Below the pieces are notes generated by a model, which saw only the letters and a list, made by a program, of their open reading frames with translations, was not told the DNA's origin and made no database searches. Positions 29,118-38,576 of a DNA stretch of 64,000 bases are shown one piece after another. A program made the position numbers and the translations under genes. Every line of letters begins with the position of its first letter. Within the stretch, counting starts at the first letter, position 1. Origin of the DNA: an uncultured delta proteobacterium (GTDB lineage: Bacteria; Desulfobacterota; Binatia; Binatales; Binataceae); assembly GCA_963794325.1 (NCBI GenBank), contig CAWCDG010000004.1, forward strand, positions 736,001 to 800,000, read 5' to 3'.

Positions 29118-30122
29118 ATGGAAAACAAATTCGATCGTCGATCGTTCCTGCGGGTTACAGGAACTGCCCTGAGCATCGGCGCACTCTACAGCGTATTCCC
29201 CGCGCTCGCGCGAAAAGCCGGTGCCGAAGGAATGACGCGCACCTTGGCCGAGCTCAATGGCGAGGCTCCCGCGCCGTTCTCGTTCATGCAACTGAGCGAT
29301 ACCCACGTCGGATTCAACGGGCCGCCTGATCCGCTCGGCACCAAGGCGTTCGAGAACGCGGTTGCCACAATCAACGGGCTGAAGACTCGCCCCGATCTGA
29401 TCATCGTCACCGGCGATCTGACCCACGACGCCGACTCGCCCGACGAGCACGCCAAACGCTTCAAGCTGTTCAAGGAAATCTCGGGCAGAATCGGTGGCGG
29501 CGCGCAAATCAAGGTGGTGCCGGGTGAGAATGACGCGGCGCTCGACGGCGGCGACATGTTCCGCGAGTTCATGGGGCCGACCCACTACTCGTTCGACCAT
29601 CGCGGCGTCCATTTCATCGCGCTCGACAACGTCTCCACTGGGCGGCCGGCAGTCGGTACCGAGCAGCTCACCTGGATGAAATCCGATCTTGCGCGCTTTC
29701 CGAAAACCGCGCCCATCGTCGTGTTCACCCATCGTCCGCTGTTCGACCTCAAACCCGAATGGGAATGGTTCACCAGCGACGGCGACGACGTGATGAATGC
29801 GCTCGCGCCGTATGAAAACGTGACGGTGCTCTACGGCCATATTCATCGCGAGAATTTCCACCAGGCCGGCACCACGAAAATGTACGCGGCACGCTCGCTG
29901 ATCTTCGCTTTCCCCGATCCCGCGACCGCGCCCGCGAAAAAGCCCGCGCCCTTCGACAAGGCGCAGCCGTTCAAGGACCTGGGAATCCGGCGTATCAACG
30001 GCAACGCGGACGGCAGCGATTTGCAGATCGAGGAAGTCGAGCTGGCGACCGCGGAGTTCTCGGGCACCGTCGGAATGGATCAGATGCTCAAACACGGAAA
30101 CAACGACGCAAAGGACGAGTAA
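29118..30122 (+). CDS. Tat-exported metallophosphoesterase (CpdA/Icc-like)
   Basis: DRRSFL Tat motif; SDTH, TGDLT, PGEND, FTH, GHIH. Confidence 0.88.
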   Translation: MENKFDRRSFLRVTGTALSIGALYSVFPALARKAGAEGMTRTLAELNGEAPAPFSFMQLSDTHVGFNGPPDPLGTKAFENAVATINGLKTRPDLIIVTGDLTHDADSPDEHAKRFKLFKEISGRIGGGAQIKVVPGENDAALDGGDMFREFMGPTHYSFDHRGVHFIALDNVSTGRPAVGTEQLTWMKSDLARFPKTAPIVVFTHRPLFDLKPEWEWFTSDGDDVMNALAPYENVTVLYGHIHRENFHQAGTTKMYAARSLIFAFPDPATAPAKKPAPFDKAQPFKDLGIRRINGNADGSDLQIEEVELATAEFSGTVGMDQMLKHGNNDAKDE

Positions 30123-30126
30123 GAAA

Positions 30127-30516
30127 ATGAAAACCACAACTATCAAAAAAATCGTCGGCATCATTCTTCTTGCCGGGGTATGCGAAATCGGGCTGGTGGG
30201 TGTCCCCGCGGTGATCAATCTCACCCGCGCGAGTGACGAACCGAAGGTGATCGAGATTACCGCGAAGAAGTTCGAGTTCACGCCGAATCAGATCACGCTC
30301 AAGAAGGGCGAGCCGGTAATCCTGCGGCTGAGCAGCCAGGATCGCGTGCACGGCTTCATGTCCAAGCCGCTCAAAATCGATACCGATATCCCCGCCGACA
30401 AGACCGCCGACGTGCCCGTCACGCCGGATACCGCCGGCGACTTCACCGTGATCTGCGACCACTACTGCGGCACCGGCCACGGCAACATGAAGATGAAAGT
30501 TACGGTCGTCGAGTAG
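30127..30516 (+). CDS. Small CuA-type cupredoxin (COX II C-terminal-like)
   Basis: N-terminal signal or TM; DRVHG and CDHYCGTGHGNM CuA ligand pattern. Confidence 0.88.
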   Translation: MKTTTIKKIVGIILLAGVCEIGLVGVPAVINLTRASDEPKVIEITAKKFEFTPNQITLKKGEPVILRLSSQDRVHGFMSKPLKIDTDIPADKTADVPVTPDTAGDFTVICDHYCGTGHGNMKMKVTVVE

Positions 30517-30533
30517 TAAAAGGAGCGAGTTAA

Positions 30534-31067
30534 ATGTTTGCGCAACTGGTCAGCACGTATCATCTGCATCCGATCGTCGATCACTTCACCATCGCGCTGC
30601 TGACCTTCGGGATCGCCGCGGAAATCCTCGCCGCCGCGGCGATCTTTTTCAGTGAAAATGGCGCGCCTTGGTTGTCGGGCTGGGGAGAGAAGCTTCAAAG
30701 CACGTCGCTCATGCTGATGATCGGCGGAGCGGTCGCCAGCATCTTGTCGTATTTCAGCGGCGACGCGGAAGCCGATCGGCTCTGGGACACGACGTCGCCC
30801 GCTGCGCAGCAAATTCTTGCATCCTCCGACGGCGCGCGCGCCTACTTGTCCCACGCGGTTCTCGGGCAATACCTGATGTACGCGTTTCTGATTCTCGCCG
30901 TGTGGCGCGTGATGCTCGAGTTGTCGAGCCGCGTCGCGCGCACGCGAATCGCGTTCGTGATGGTTGCGGTGGTCGCAGCGGGCGCCCTCCTCTACCAGGG
31001 CAAGACCGGCGGAGAACTGGTTTACGAACACGGCGTCGGAGCTTCGGTCACTCATACTCAGGATTGA
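30534..31067 (+). CDS. DUF2231-like membrane protein
   Basis: HPIVDHFTIAL, HAVLG, GGELVYEHGVG; 4 TM segments. Confidence 0.8.
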   Translation: MFAQLVSTYHLHPIVDHFTIALLTFGIAAEILAAAAIFFSENGAPWLSGWGEKLQSTSLMLMIGGAVASILSYFSGDAEADRLWDTTSPAAQQILASSDGARAYLSHAVLGQYLMYAFLILAVWRVMLELSSRVARTRIAFVMVAVVAAGALLYQGKTGGELVYEHGVGASVTHTQD

Positions 31068-31095
31068 CAAAAACGCGACACCGCTGTTAGCTCGG

Positions 31096-31914
31096 CTGGC
31101 GAAAAACTCCGTCGCAAATTCTCTTCGATCCGCCGTTTCGTGCGCGCTCGTTTGCGCCGCGTTGATGATTGGCGCGCCGAATGCCATCGGCGGAGCCTGC
31201 CCCTCTCCCTCGGATCCAATCAGCGCGGACCGACCCGGCGTCACTAATTCCAGCACCGTCGTCCCTTACGGAAGCTTCGAAGCCGAGAGCGGCAGCGACT
31301 GGATGGTTTCCCACGGCACGAATTCTCTGAACGGAAGCAGCACGAGGCTGCGTCTCGGCGTTTACGATTGCACCGAATTTCTGGTCGACGCGCCCAGCTA
31401 CACCGGCTCGCTCAATGGCCCCCAGCAGTCGGGCTTTTCAGACGTAGTAGTCTCGCTGAAGCATCAGTTCCCCGAACCGTTCGGCTTCACAGGATTCAAC
31501 ATATCAGCGACCGCCGGACTCGGATTTCCCAGCGGTTCCGAGAAGATCGCCGGTCGCGGCTATCAACCTTACATTCAGGCTCCGTGGTCTTACGATCTTC
31601 CAGACCACTGGACGGCGGCCGGGATGTTTACGCTGAACTGGTTCCCGAGCGAATCAGCAAGGAATCCAACCTTTGCGCCGGCCATTTCGATTGGGAAGCA
31701 ATTTTTCGATTCGCACGCCAATATCAATGTCGAATACGGCGGAATGTACGACCATCGACAGCCGATGCACGTGCTCGACACTCTGGGCCAGTGGCGTTTC
31801 ACGAATACACAACAGCTCGACTTCCAGGCCGGCTTCGGACTCAACCGCAACTCAGTCGATCACTTCTTCGGCATCGGCTATTCATTCCGCCTCGACAAAT
31901 TATTTGGATACTAA
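31096..31914 (+). CDS. Outer-membrane beta-barrel (MetA/COG4313-like); start uncertain
   Basis: ISADRPG..SSTVVP, RLRLG, GFSDVVVSLK, C-terminal GIGYSFR. Confidence 0.75.
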   Translation: MAKNSVANSLRSAVSCALVCAALMIGAPNAIGGACPSPSDPISADRPGVTNSSTVVPYGSFEAESGSDWMVSHGTNSLNGSSTRLRLGVYDCTEFLVDAPSYTGSLNGPQQSGFSDVVVSLKHQFPEPFGFTGFNISATAGLGFPSGSEKIAGRGYQPYIQAPWSYDLPDHWTAAGMFTLNWFPSESARNPTFAPAISIGKQFFDSHANINVEYGGMYDHRQPMHVLDTLGQWRFTNTQQLDFQAGFGLNRNSVDHFFGIGYSFRLDKLFGY

Positions 31915-33029
31915 GTTGGATCGCCGCCCTGCTGGAACAATCGCATCAACTCCTCGACCGTTGCCGGCGGCTTGCGCGCGGTCTCGAGCGTGTCGCGGAC
32001 GTGATCGACCGACTTCATTCCGACCAGAGCGACGTCCACCCCCGGCGTCGATCGCACGAACTGGATCGAGCGCTGCGCGTCGGTCGCAAAGCCACTGAAC
32101 GCGTTCGCGACGATCGGCGGCAGCCCGCGCGATAGCTGACCTTGCAGTAGCGATGCGCTCGCGCAGACCGCAAGTCCGAACGCCTTGGCGGCAGCCAGCG
32201 GGGTTGCCTTGCCGGCATGCACGAACTGATTCGAGCGCGTGACGGCCTCCGGCATCGCGAGATTGTACGGCAACTGGATCGCGCGAAAGTGATGCGCATC
32301 GCCGGCGACTTCGCGCGCGGTTTTCATCAGCTCGTCGAGCGACAGCCACCCGCGCTCGGTCGGCGCCGCGCGGAAGCCGTTCCAAGTCGCAGTCCCGTAC
32401 ACGCCGATCTTCCCACTCGCCACCGCAGTTTCCAGGAACTCGAAAATGGTCTTGATGCGCGCGAGGAAGTCCTTGCGCTCGATCGCCTCGAGCTGCGTCT
32501 CGGGATTGTGGATGTAATAAATGTCGATCGTTTCGAGATTCAGGTTCTTGCGCGACAACTCGAGCATCGCGCCGATATACTTCGGCGTCATGCAGTGCGA
32601 TCCATCGACCAGGTCGGCCGGCGCGACGATTCCGGTCTTCACGTAGTGATCTTCGAACCACGCGCGCGGATTGGCCGGCACCTCACCATCGAACGTGATG
32701 TACCCGCCCTTGGTGGCGACGATCACCTCCTCGCGCGCGATCTCTCCCGCCGCCACCAACTCGCCAATCGCTTTTCCGATATTCCGTTCGCTGCGCTGGA
32801 ACCGGTAGTTCACCGCCGTGTCGATCAGATTGATCCCGCCGCGGAGACTCGCCTTGATTGCCTCTTCATAAGCGCGATCGGTCTCGTCGTCAGGCTCGCC
32901 AAGATAGGTGCCGATTCCGATCGATGAAACCGACACTCCGAGCGCCGGCCGGAAATTTCCGGGCAGCGTCGGAAACCGGTTCGCGTACGTGGCGGTGGCT
33001 TCGGCGGTCGCGCGCCCTTTGAGCATCAT
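31911..33029 (-). CDS. Aldo/keto reductase
   Basis: IGIGTY, IDTAVNY, IDIYYIHNPE, IQLPYN. Confidence 0.88.
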   Translation of the reverse strand: MMLKGRATAEATATYANRFPTLPGNFRPALGVSVSSIGIGTYLGEPDDETDRAYEEAIKASLRGGINLIDTAVNYRFQRSERNIGKAIGELVAAGEIAREEVIVATKGGYITFDGEVPANPRAWFEDHYVKTGIVAPADLVDGSHCMTPKYIGAMLELSRKNLNLETIDIYYIHNPETQLEAIERKDFLARIKTIFEFLETAVASGKIGVYGTATWNGFRAAPTERGWLSLDELMKTAREVAGDAHHFRAIQLPYNLAMPEAVTRSNQFVHAGKATPLAAAKAFGLAVCASASLLQGQLSRGLPPIVANAFSGFATDAQRSIQFVRSTPGVDVALVGMKSVDHVRDTLETARKPPATVEELMRLFQQGGDPT

Positions 33030-33096
33030 GAGGTTTCTCCCGTGGAAGATATGCGCGCTTGTAGCGACTCAGCTCTGGACTTTACTGAAAAACCCT

Positions 33097-33486
33097 TCAC
33101 TGAAAAAACTGCGGACTGATCTTCGGTTCGTAGAGCGCCTGGATCACGTTGCCGTCGGGATCGCGAATGTAGAATGACACCGAGCCGTCGCGATGATGCT
33201 TGAGCTCGTGCACGATCTCGATGCCCGCACTCTTCGCCCACGCGTATCCCGCCTCGACGTCGGCGATTGTCGGCACGATAAACCCGAGATGGTCGAGGCG
33301 CTGCTTATCGCCACCAAAGTCGCCGCGATGCAGCGCGAGGTTGTCGCATCCCGAGCTCAGGTAAGCGTTGTCCGGGTCGGGCTGCCATACGATCTTCATC
33401 CCGAATACACGGATATAAAAATCTTTGGCGCGCTCCACATCGGAAACCTTGAGCGCCAGATGCCGCATGCCGCGATTCTTGATCAA
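33097..33486 (-). CDS. VOC/glyoxalase-family protein
   Basis: HLALKV, DHLGF, FYIRDPDGN; TTG start overlaps the upstream stop. Confidence 0.88.
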   Translation of the reverse strand: MIKNRGMRHLALKVSDVERAKDFYIRVFGMKIVWQPDPDNAYLSSGCDNLALHRGDFGGDKQRLDHLGFIVPTIADVEAGYAWAKSAGIEIVHELKHHRDGSVSFYIRDPDGNVIQALYEPKISPQFFQ

Positions 33487-34124
33487 CTCTGTCCCTCGCG
33501 CGTTTTGTATCCCACCACCGCCCAAATCGGATCCGACGGCGGCGCGGTCGGCGCGCTCCGATCGATAAAATCTATATTCTCAAACGCGCCCGACTCCATA
33601 AAGTAGCTGCCGACCAGCTTGCCGTGGTCGTAATCGTCGAGACTCTGCCAAATCGCAACCGCCTTGGTCGGGAACATCCGATTCGAAAACGTCGCGATGA
33701 ACGGCGCGCCGGGCTTGAGCACCCGCCCGACTTCCGCGAACGTCTCGAGCGGCCGCGTCATGTACTGCACCGAGACGGTGACCACCGCGCCGTCGAACTC
33801 GGCGTCGGCGAACGGCAACCGCGGCACGCGATTGAGATTATGCACGACAACCTCGGTCAGCGTCGGATTATTTTCCATCTCCGCGCGATTCATCCCGAGC
33901 CCGACCACTCGCGACGGCCGGATATGCGCCGGCAGATGCGACCGCCAACTGCTCATCAAATCGAGGATCGCGCCGCCTTGGGGCAAGATTTGCGCGTAAA
34001 TCTCACCGACCTTCGCGATCGCGCCGTCGTCGATATGCGTGACGAGCCGCGGGACCGAGTAAAATACCTCATCATCGTCGTCATCGACGCGTCTGAAGAA
34101 ATCTGCGGGAAGTTGTGTCGGCAT
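33483..34124 (-). CDS. Class I SAM-dependent methyltransferase
   Basis: FYSVPRLVTHID, LDLMSSWRSH, GLGMN, FSNRMFPTK. Confidence 0.88.
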   Translation of the reverse strand: MPTQLPADFFRRVDDDDDEVFYSVPRLVTHIDDGAIAKVGEIYAQILPQGGAILDLMSSWRSHLPAHIRPSRVVGLGMNRAEMENNPTLTEVVVHNLNRVPRLPFADAEFDGAVVTVSVQYMTRPLETFAEVGRVLKPGAPFIATFSNRMFPTKAVAIWQSLDDYDHGKLVGSYFMESGAFENIDFIDRSAPTAPPSDPIWAVVGYKTREGQS

Positions 34125-34218
34125 CCTGAAATCCTGTTTTGAGCGCCTGTTGATAGGTTTCTTTTATCGTTAAATATCAGTTACTTAGCGTGATTTTCCG
34201 AGAATTTACCGAGCGTCG

Positions 34219-34260
34219 TTGACACGCTTCCCGCCGGTCACTTAAAGTAAAACACTTTTA
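34219..34260 (+). promoter_or_regulatory. Sigma-70-like promoter of the IclR gene with a possible operator
   Basis: TTGACA-N18-TAAAGT with the imperfect inverted repeat AAAGT-N5-ACTTT overlapping the -10. Confidence 0.45.
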
Positions 34261-34322
34261 CAATACCGCGCGGAGACTCGTCCTGCGAATCTCAATCCGA
34301 AGCCTAGACAGACACTGAAAAA

Positions 34323-35105
34323 ATGGTTCGACGCGATAAAACTAATTACGTAATTCAATCCGTCGCCCATGCGCTCGACGTGCTCGAGCAGTTCTTCGGC
34401 GACGTCGATGAACTCGGCGTTACGGAACTTTCCAAGCGCCTCAAGCTGCATAAGAACAACGTCTTCCGGCTGCTCGCCACCCTCGAAGCGCGCGGTTACA
34501 TCGAACAGAACAAAGCCACCGAAAATTATCGCCTCGGCATCAAGTGCCTGCACCTCGGTCGCCGATACATCCACCATATGGGCCTCGTCAGGCAAGCGCG
34601 CCCCATCCTTACCGATGTCGCCCGCAAATGCCGCGAAAGCGCGTACGTCGCGATCGTCCGGCGCGACGGCGTCGTGCCACTCGAAGCCGCCGAGGCCGAA
34701 GATCGTGCCGTGCGTATCACGCCGCCAATCGGAATCACGCTCCCGCTGCATTGTACTGCAGCCGGCAAGGCGCATCTCGCCTTCGACGCCGAAGGCCAAC
34801 TGAAATCCGCGCTGCCCGAGTCGCTCAAGCGTTTCACCGATCGCACGATAGTCGATCGCGCGATGCTTTTGGCGCAGCTCGAAGCAGTCGCGCGCGACGG
34901 CTACGCGACCGACTCCGGCGAGTTCATCGAAGAGGTTTCGTCGGTAGCAGTCCCAATCCGCGACTACACTCGCTCCGTCGTCGGCTCAGTAACGGTTGCA
35001 GGCCCGACCTACCGCATCGGCCCCGAACGAATCACCGCCGAAATCGCCCCCAGCCTGCTAGACGCTGGCCGCGAACTCTCCCACCGCCTCGGCTACAACG
35101 AATAA
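34323..35105 (+). CDS. IclR-family regulator
   Basis: IQSVAHALDVLE, HTH GVTELSKRLKLHKNNVFRLL, CTAAGKA. Confidence 0.93.
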   Translation: MVRRDKTNYVIQSVAHALDVLEQFFGDVDELGVTELSKRLKLHKNNVFRLLATLEARGYIEQNKATENYRLGIKCLHLGRRYIHHMGLVRQARPILTDVARKCRESAYVAIVRRDGVVPLEAAEAEDRAVRITPPIGITLPLHCTAAGKAHLAFDAEGQLKSALPESLKRFTDRTIVDRAMLLAQLEAVARDGYATDSGEFIEEVSSVAVPIRDYTRSVVGSVTVAGPTYRIGPERITAEIAPSLLDAGRELSHRLGYNE

Positions 35106-35110
35106 CAGAT

Positions 35111-35166
35111 GCGAAACCCTTCGCGGGTTTCACACTTCCGCGGCAGGGGTGACCCCTGCACCCAGT
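35111..35166 (+). repeat. Double-hairpin 3' repeat, copy 1
   Basis: GAAACCC/GGGTTTC plus GCAGGGG-TGA-CCCCTGC-ACCCAGT. Confidence 0.85.
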
Positions 35167-35201
35167 GATAGTCGCGAAATGTTGAGGACGCCCCTTCTGA
35201 T

Positions 35202-35380
35202 TCCCTCCCACGTCGTGGGGGGAGGGTTAGGGTGGGGGACAATTGGGCGGCGCGATTATCCGTGGCGCCGCATATTCTGAATCCGGAAATTTTGTCCCCC
35301 ACCCGACGCTGGAAGCGTCGACCTCCCCCCACGAACGGGGGAGGCAGGATCCGGGATTCTTCGCTTCGCTCTGAATGACA
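35202..35380. repeat. REP mosaic (CCCTCCC/GGGAGGG pair plus GGATTCTTCGCTTCGCTCTGAATGACA unit)
   Basis: Inverted GC-rich hairpin units and a unit related to the GTCAT(C/T)C-type repeat family. Confidence 0.7.
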
Positions 35381-35564
35381 CAAGGACCAGAGACACAGAG
35401 GTTTCCGCTTGCCAACCTTTGCGCGGCCGCCCTCTCATTAGTATTGTTTGACTGGTTAGCCGACCATTGTTAGAAATTTTGCGTTTATCGGCTCGATTCC
35501 CTGTGCCACTGTCTGTTCTCAGAATTCTGTCGATGCATGAAACCGTGCGTGGAGTTATAAGGCT

Positions 35565-36308
35565 TTGAAAATCCTGGTTCCAATCAAGCGAGTTCCCGAT
35601 CCCGCGACCACTATCCGCGTGCTGCCCGACGGCACCGGTATCGCCACCGACAACGTCAAATGGGTCATCAACCCGTTTGACGAAATCGCCATCGAAGAGG
35701 CGCTGCGCATCAAGGAAAAGCAGACCGGCGAGGTCGTGCTTATCACGGTCGGGCAGCCGACCTCGCAGGAGCAATTGCGCACCGGCCTCGCGATGGGCGC
35801 CGACCGCGCGATCCTGGTCAAGGCGGATGCGCTCGACTCGCTTGCGATCGCGCGAATCCTCGCGAAAATCGCCGGCGACGAGAAGCCCGACCTCATCATA
35901 TTGGGCAAGCAGGCGATTGACGACGACGCGAACCAGGTCGGCCAGATGCTCGCCGAGATGCTCGGATGGCCGCAGGCCACGTTCGCATCGAAGATTGAAA
36001 TCACGCCCGAAAAAACTTCGGTCGTTCGCGAAGTTGACGGCGGCCTCGAGACGATCGCATTCAAACTCCCAGCCGTAATCACCACCGACCTGCGCCTCAA
36101 CGAGCCGCGCTACGCGTCGCTGCCGGGAATCATGAAAGCCCGCAAGAAAGAGCTGAAGGAGGTCGCGGCCGATAGCCTCGGCGTCGATCTCACTCCTAAG
36201 CTCAAGATAAAGACGATGGCCGCTCCGCCCAAGCGTCAGGCCGGACGCAAAGTCGCGTCGGTGCAGGAGCTGGTCGCGGTCCTTCACACCGAAGCCAAAG
36301 TTATTTGA
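35565..36308 (+). CDS. etfB: Electron transfer flavoprotein beta subunit
   Basis: KRVPD, NPFDEIAIEEA, GKQAIDDD, REVDGG, LNEPRYASLPGIMKA. Confidence 0.95.
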   Translation: MKILVPIKRVPDPATTIRVLPDGTGIATDNVKWVINPFDEIAIEEALRIKEKQTGEVVLITVGQPTSQEQLRTGLAMGADRAILVKADALDSLAIARILAKIAGDEKPDLIILGKQAIDDDANQVGQMLAEMLGWPQATFASKIEITPEKTSVVREVDGGLETIAFKLPAVITTDLRLNEPRYASLPGIMKARKKELKEVAADSLGVDLTPKLKIKTMAAPPKRQAGRKVASVQELVAVLHTEAKVI

Positions 36309-36406
36309 TTACGAACCTAGCAGGGTGTTTTAGAGAGTGCCGACAATGAATCGTTCCGTTATTTTGCCCTCAATACCCTGCGTAAAATTGGCTGCCTTCC
36401 TTAAAC

Positions 36407-36474
36407 TTCTCTCCCGCTCTTTTGCGGGGGAGACAGAGAGGGGGGCAGCCTGTGATTCATCAACAGGCTGCTAC
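36407..36474. repeat. REP-like hairpins between etfB and etfA
   Basis: CTCTCCCGC/GCGGGGGAG followed by GCAGCCTGT/ACAGGCTGC. Confidence 0.65.
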
Positions 36475-36499
36475 GATTCCGAATCCGGAGTGAATTGAA

Positions 36500-37474
36500 A
36501 TGGGTGACGTTCTGATTTTCGCGGAGCATCAGGGGGGACATTTCCCCAAGACGACTTTGACCGCCGTTCACGCGGGCCTCGACCTGGCGAAAAAGCGCGG
36601 CGGCAAGGCGATCGCGGTCGTCGCGGGCGATGCGCCCGAGTCGGCCGCGGGCGAGATAGCCAAGTACGGCGTAGCCAAGGTGATCGCGCTGGCGCATCCC
36701 GCGCTGAAGAACTATCTCGCCGACGCGCATGCGCAGGCCCTCGCCGCGCTCGCAAAGAAAGAGAACGCAGAGTTCCTTCTCGCGACCGCGACTGCGATGG
36801 GCAAAGATTTGTTCCCGCGGCTCGCCGCACGCTTGGGTGCTCCGATGGCCTCGGAAATTACCGCAATCGACGACGAACATACCTTCGTGCGCCCGACCTA
36901 CGCCGGCAACGTGATGGCGACGGTCGAGCTCGACGGGCCGATCAAGGTATTGACGGTGCGCGGCACTGCATTCGACGCTGCCAAGCCGGGCGACACAGTT
37001 GCTCCCGTCGAGAAGCAGGATGCCGAGATCGACGCCGGTGCGCTCAAGATGGAATTCGTTTCGTTCAATGCGACCAAGAGCGATCGCCCGCAACTCACCG
37101 AGGCGCGGATCATCGTATCGGGCGGCCGCGGCCTCAAGTCCGGCGAGAATTTCAAGACCGTGCTCGAGCCGCTGGTCGACGAGATGGGCGCCGCGATGGG
37201 CGCTTCGCGCGCCGCGGTCGATGCGGGCTTCGTGCCCAACGACCTGCAAGTCGGACAGACCGGCAAGGTGGTCGCGCCGGAACTTTATATCGCAGTCGGG
37301 ATTTCAGGCGCGATTCAGCATCTGGCCGGGATGAAAGACTCGAAGGTCATCTGCGCGATCAACAAAGATGAAGAGGCGCCGATTTTCGCAGTCGCCGATT
37401 ACGGCCTGGTCGCCGACCTGTTCAAAGCAGTCCCCGAGATGGCCGAGGAAATCAAAAAGCTCAAGCATTCGTAA
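36500..37474 (+). CDS. etfA: Electron transfer flavoprotein alpha subunit
   Basis: RPTYAGN, SGGRG, ASRAAVDAG, QVGQTG, GISGAIQH, INKD. Confidence 0.95.
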   Translation: MGDVLIFAEHQGGHFPKTTLTAVHAGLDLAKKRGGKAIAVVAGDAPESAAGEIAKYGVAKVIALAHPALKNYLADAHAQALAALAKKENAEFLLATATAMGKDLFPRLAARLGAPMASEITAIDDEHTFVRPTYAGNVMATVELDGPIKVLTVRGTAFDAAKPGDTVAPVEKQDAEIDAGALKMEFVSFNATKSDRPQLTEARIIVSGGRGLKSGENFKTVLEPLVDEMGAAMGASRAAVDAGFVPNDLQVGQTGKVVAPELYIAVGISGAIQHLAGMKDSKVICAINKDEEAPIFAVADYGLVADLFKAVPEMAEEIKKLKHS

Positions 37475-37479
37475 TTTTA

Positions 37480-37536
37480 GCGGAACCCGCCGTGGGTTCC
37501 GCGCCTCCTTGGGCAGGGGTGACCCCTGCACCCAGT
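37480..37536 (+). repeat. Double-hairpin 3' repeat, copy 2
   Basis: GCGGAACCC/GGGTTCCGC plus GCAGGGGTGACCCCTGCACCCAGT. Confidence 0.85.
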
Positions 37537-37558
37537 GTTAAGAGATGAGGCGCGCGCG

Positions 37559-38521
37559 ATGGCTGAACTGCAGCACAAATTCGTCGAGACCAACGGCATC
37601 CGGATGCATTACGTCGAGCAGGGCAGCGGTCCGCTCGTTGTGATGTGCCACGGTTGGCCGGAGTCGTGGTACTCGTGGCGGCATCAGATTCCTGCGCTCG
37701 CGGCCGCCGGCTTCCGCGTCGTCGCGCCCGACCAGCGCGGTTACGGGCAGACTGACGCGCCCGCGCCGATCGAGTCGTACAACATCCTGAACCTCGTCGG
37801 CGATATCGTAGGGCTGGTCAACAGCCTCGGCGTCGACTCGGCGGTGATCGTCGGTCACGATTGGGGCGCGCCCGTCGCCTGGAACTCAGCGTTGTTGCGG
37901 CCCGACATCTTTCGCGCGATCGCATTGCTCAGCGTTCCGTATGCTCCGCGCAGTCCGATGCGTCCGACTGACGGGATGAAGGCGCTCGCCGGCGACCAGC
38001 ATTTTTACATGCTCTATTTCCAGGAGCCCGGCAAAGTTGAGAAGGAACTCGACGCCGATCCGCGCCGCTCGATGGCGATGGTCCTCTACTCGGCGTCAGG
38101 CGACGCGCCGCGCGACGGCGAGTTCTCGTTCCTGTTCCCCAAAACCAAAAAGTTTATCGAGACTGGCACGGTGCCGGACAAGCTGCCGTCGTGGCTGACG
38201 GAAGCCGACCTCGATTTCTTTGCCGGCGAGTTCAAGCGCACCGGCTTCCGCGGTGGAATCAACTGGTATCGCAATACTGATCGCAACTGGGAGCTGACAC
38301 CGTTCCTCGACGGCGCCAAGCTGCGCCAGCCCGCGGTGTTCGCCGCCGGTGAGCATGACGTGGTCGGCAAAATGATCCCGGGTGGCTACGAGTTCGCCGG
38401 CGCCTTCACTCCGAATCTGAAAAAGAAAGTGATAATCCCGGGCGCCGGCCATTGGGTGCAGCAGGAGCGTCCGAAAGAGATCAACGAGGTCCTGATCGAG
38501 TTCTTGAAGAGTCTGAAGTGA
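37559..38521 (+). CDS. Epoxide hydrolase-like alpha/beta hydrolase
   Basis: HGWPE, GHDWGA, NWYRN, GHWVQQE. Confidence 0.92.
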   Translation: MAELQHKFVETNGIRMHYVEQGSGPLVVMCHGWPESWYSWRHQIPALAAAGFRVVAPDQRGYGQTDAPAPIESYNILNLVGDIVGLVNSLGVDSAVIVGHDWGAPVAWNSALLRPDIFRAIALLSVPYAPRSPMRPTDGMKALAGDQHFYMLYFQEPGKVEKELDADPRRSMAMVLYSASGDAPRDGEFSFLFPKTKKFIETGTVPDKLPSWLTEADLDFFAGEFKRTGFRGGINWYRNTDRNWELTPFLDGAKLRQPAVFAAGEHDVVGKMIPGGYEFAGAFTPNLKKKVIIPGAGHWVQQERPKEINEVLIEFLKSLK

Positions 38522-38576
38522 CACCTCTCGGTGGGTTTCACACTTCCTTGGGCAGCGGTAGCCCCTGCGCCTTAGC
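38518..38576 (+). repeat. Double-hairpin 3' repeat, degenerate copy 3
   Basis: GGGTTTCACACTTCCTTGGGCAGCGGTAGCCCCTGC. Confidence 0.7.
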
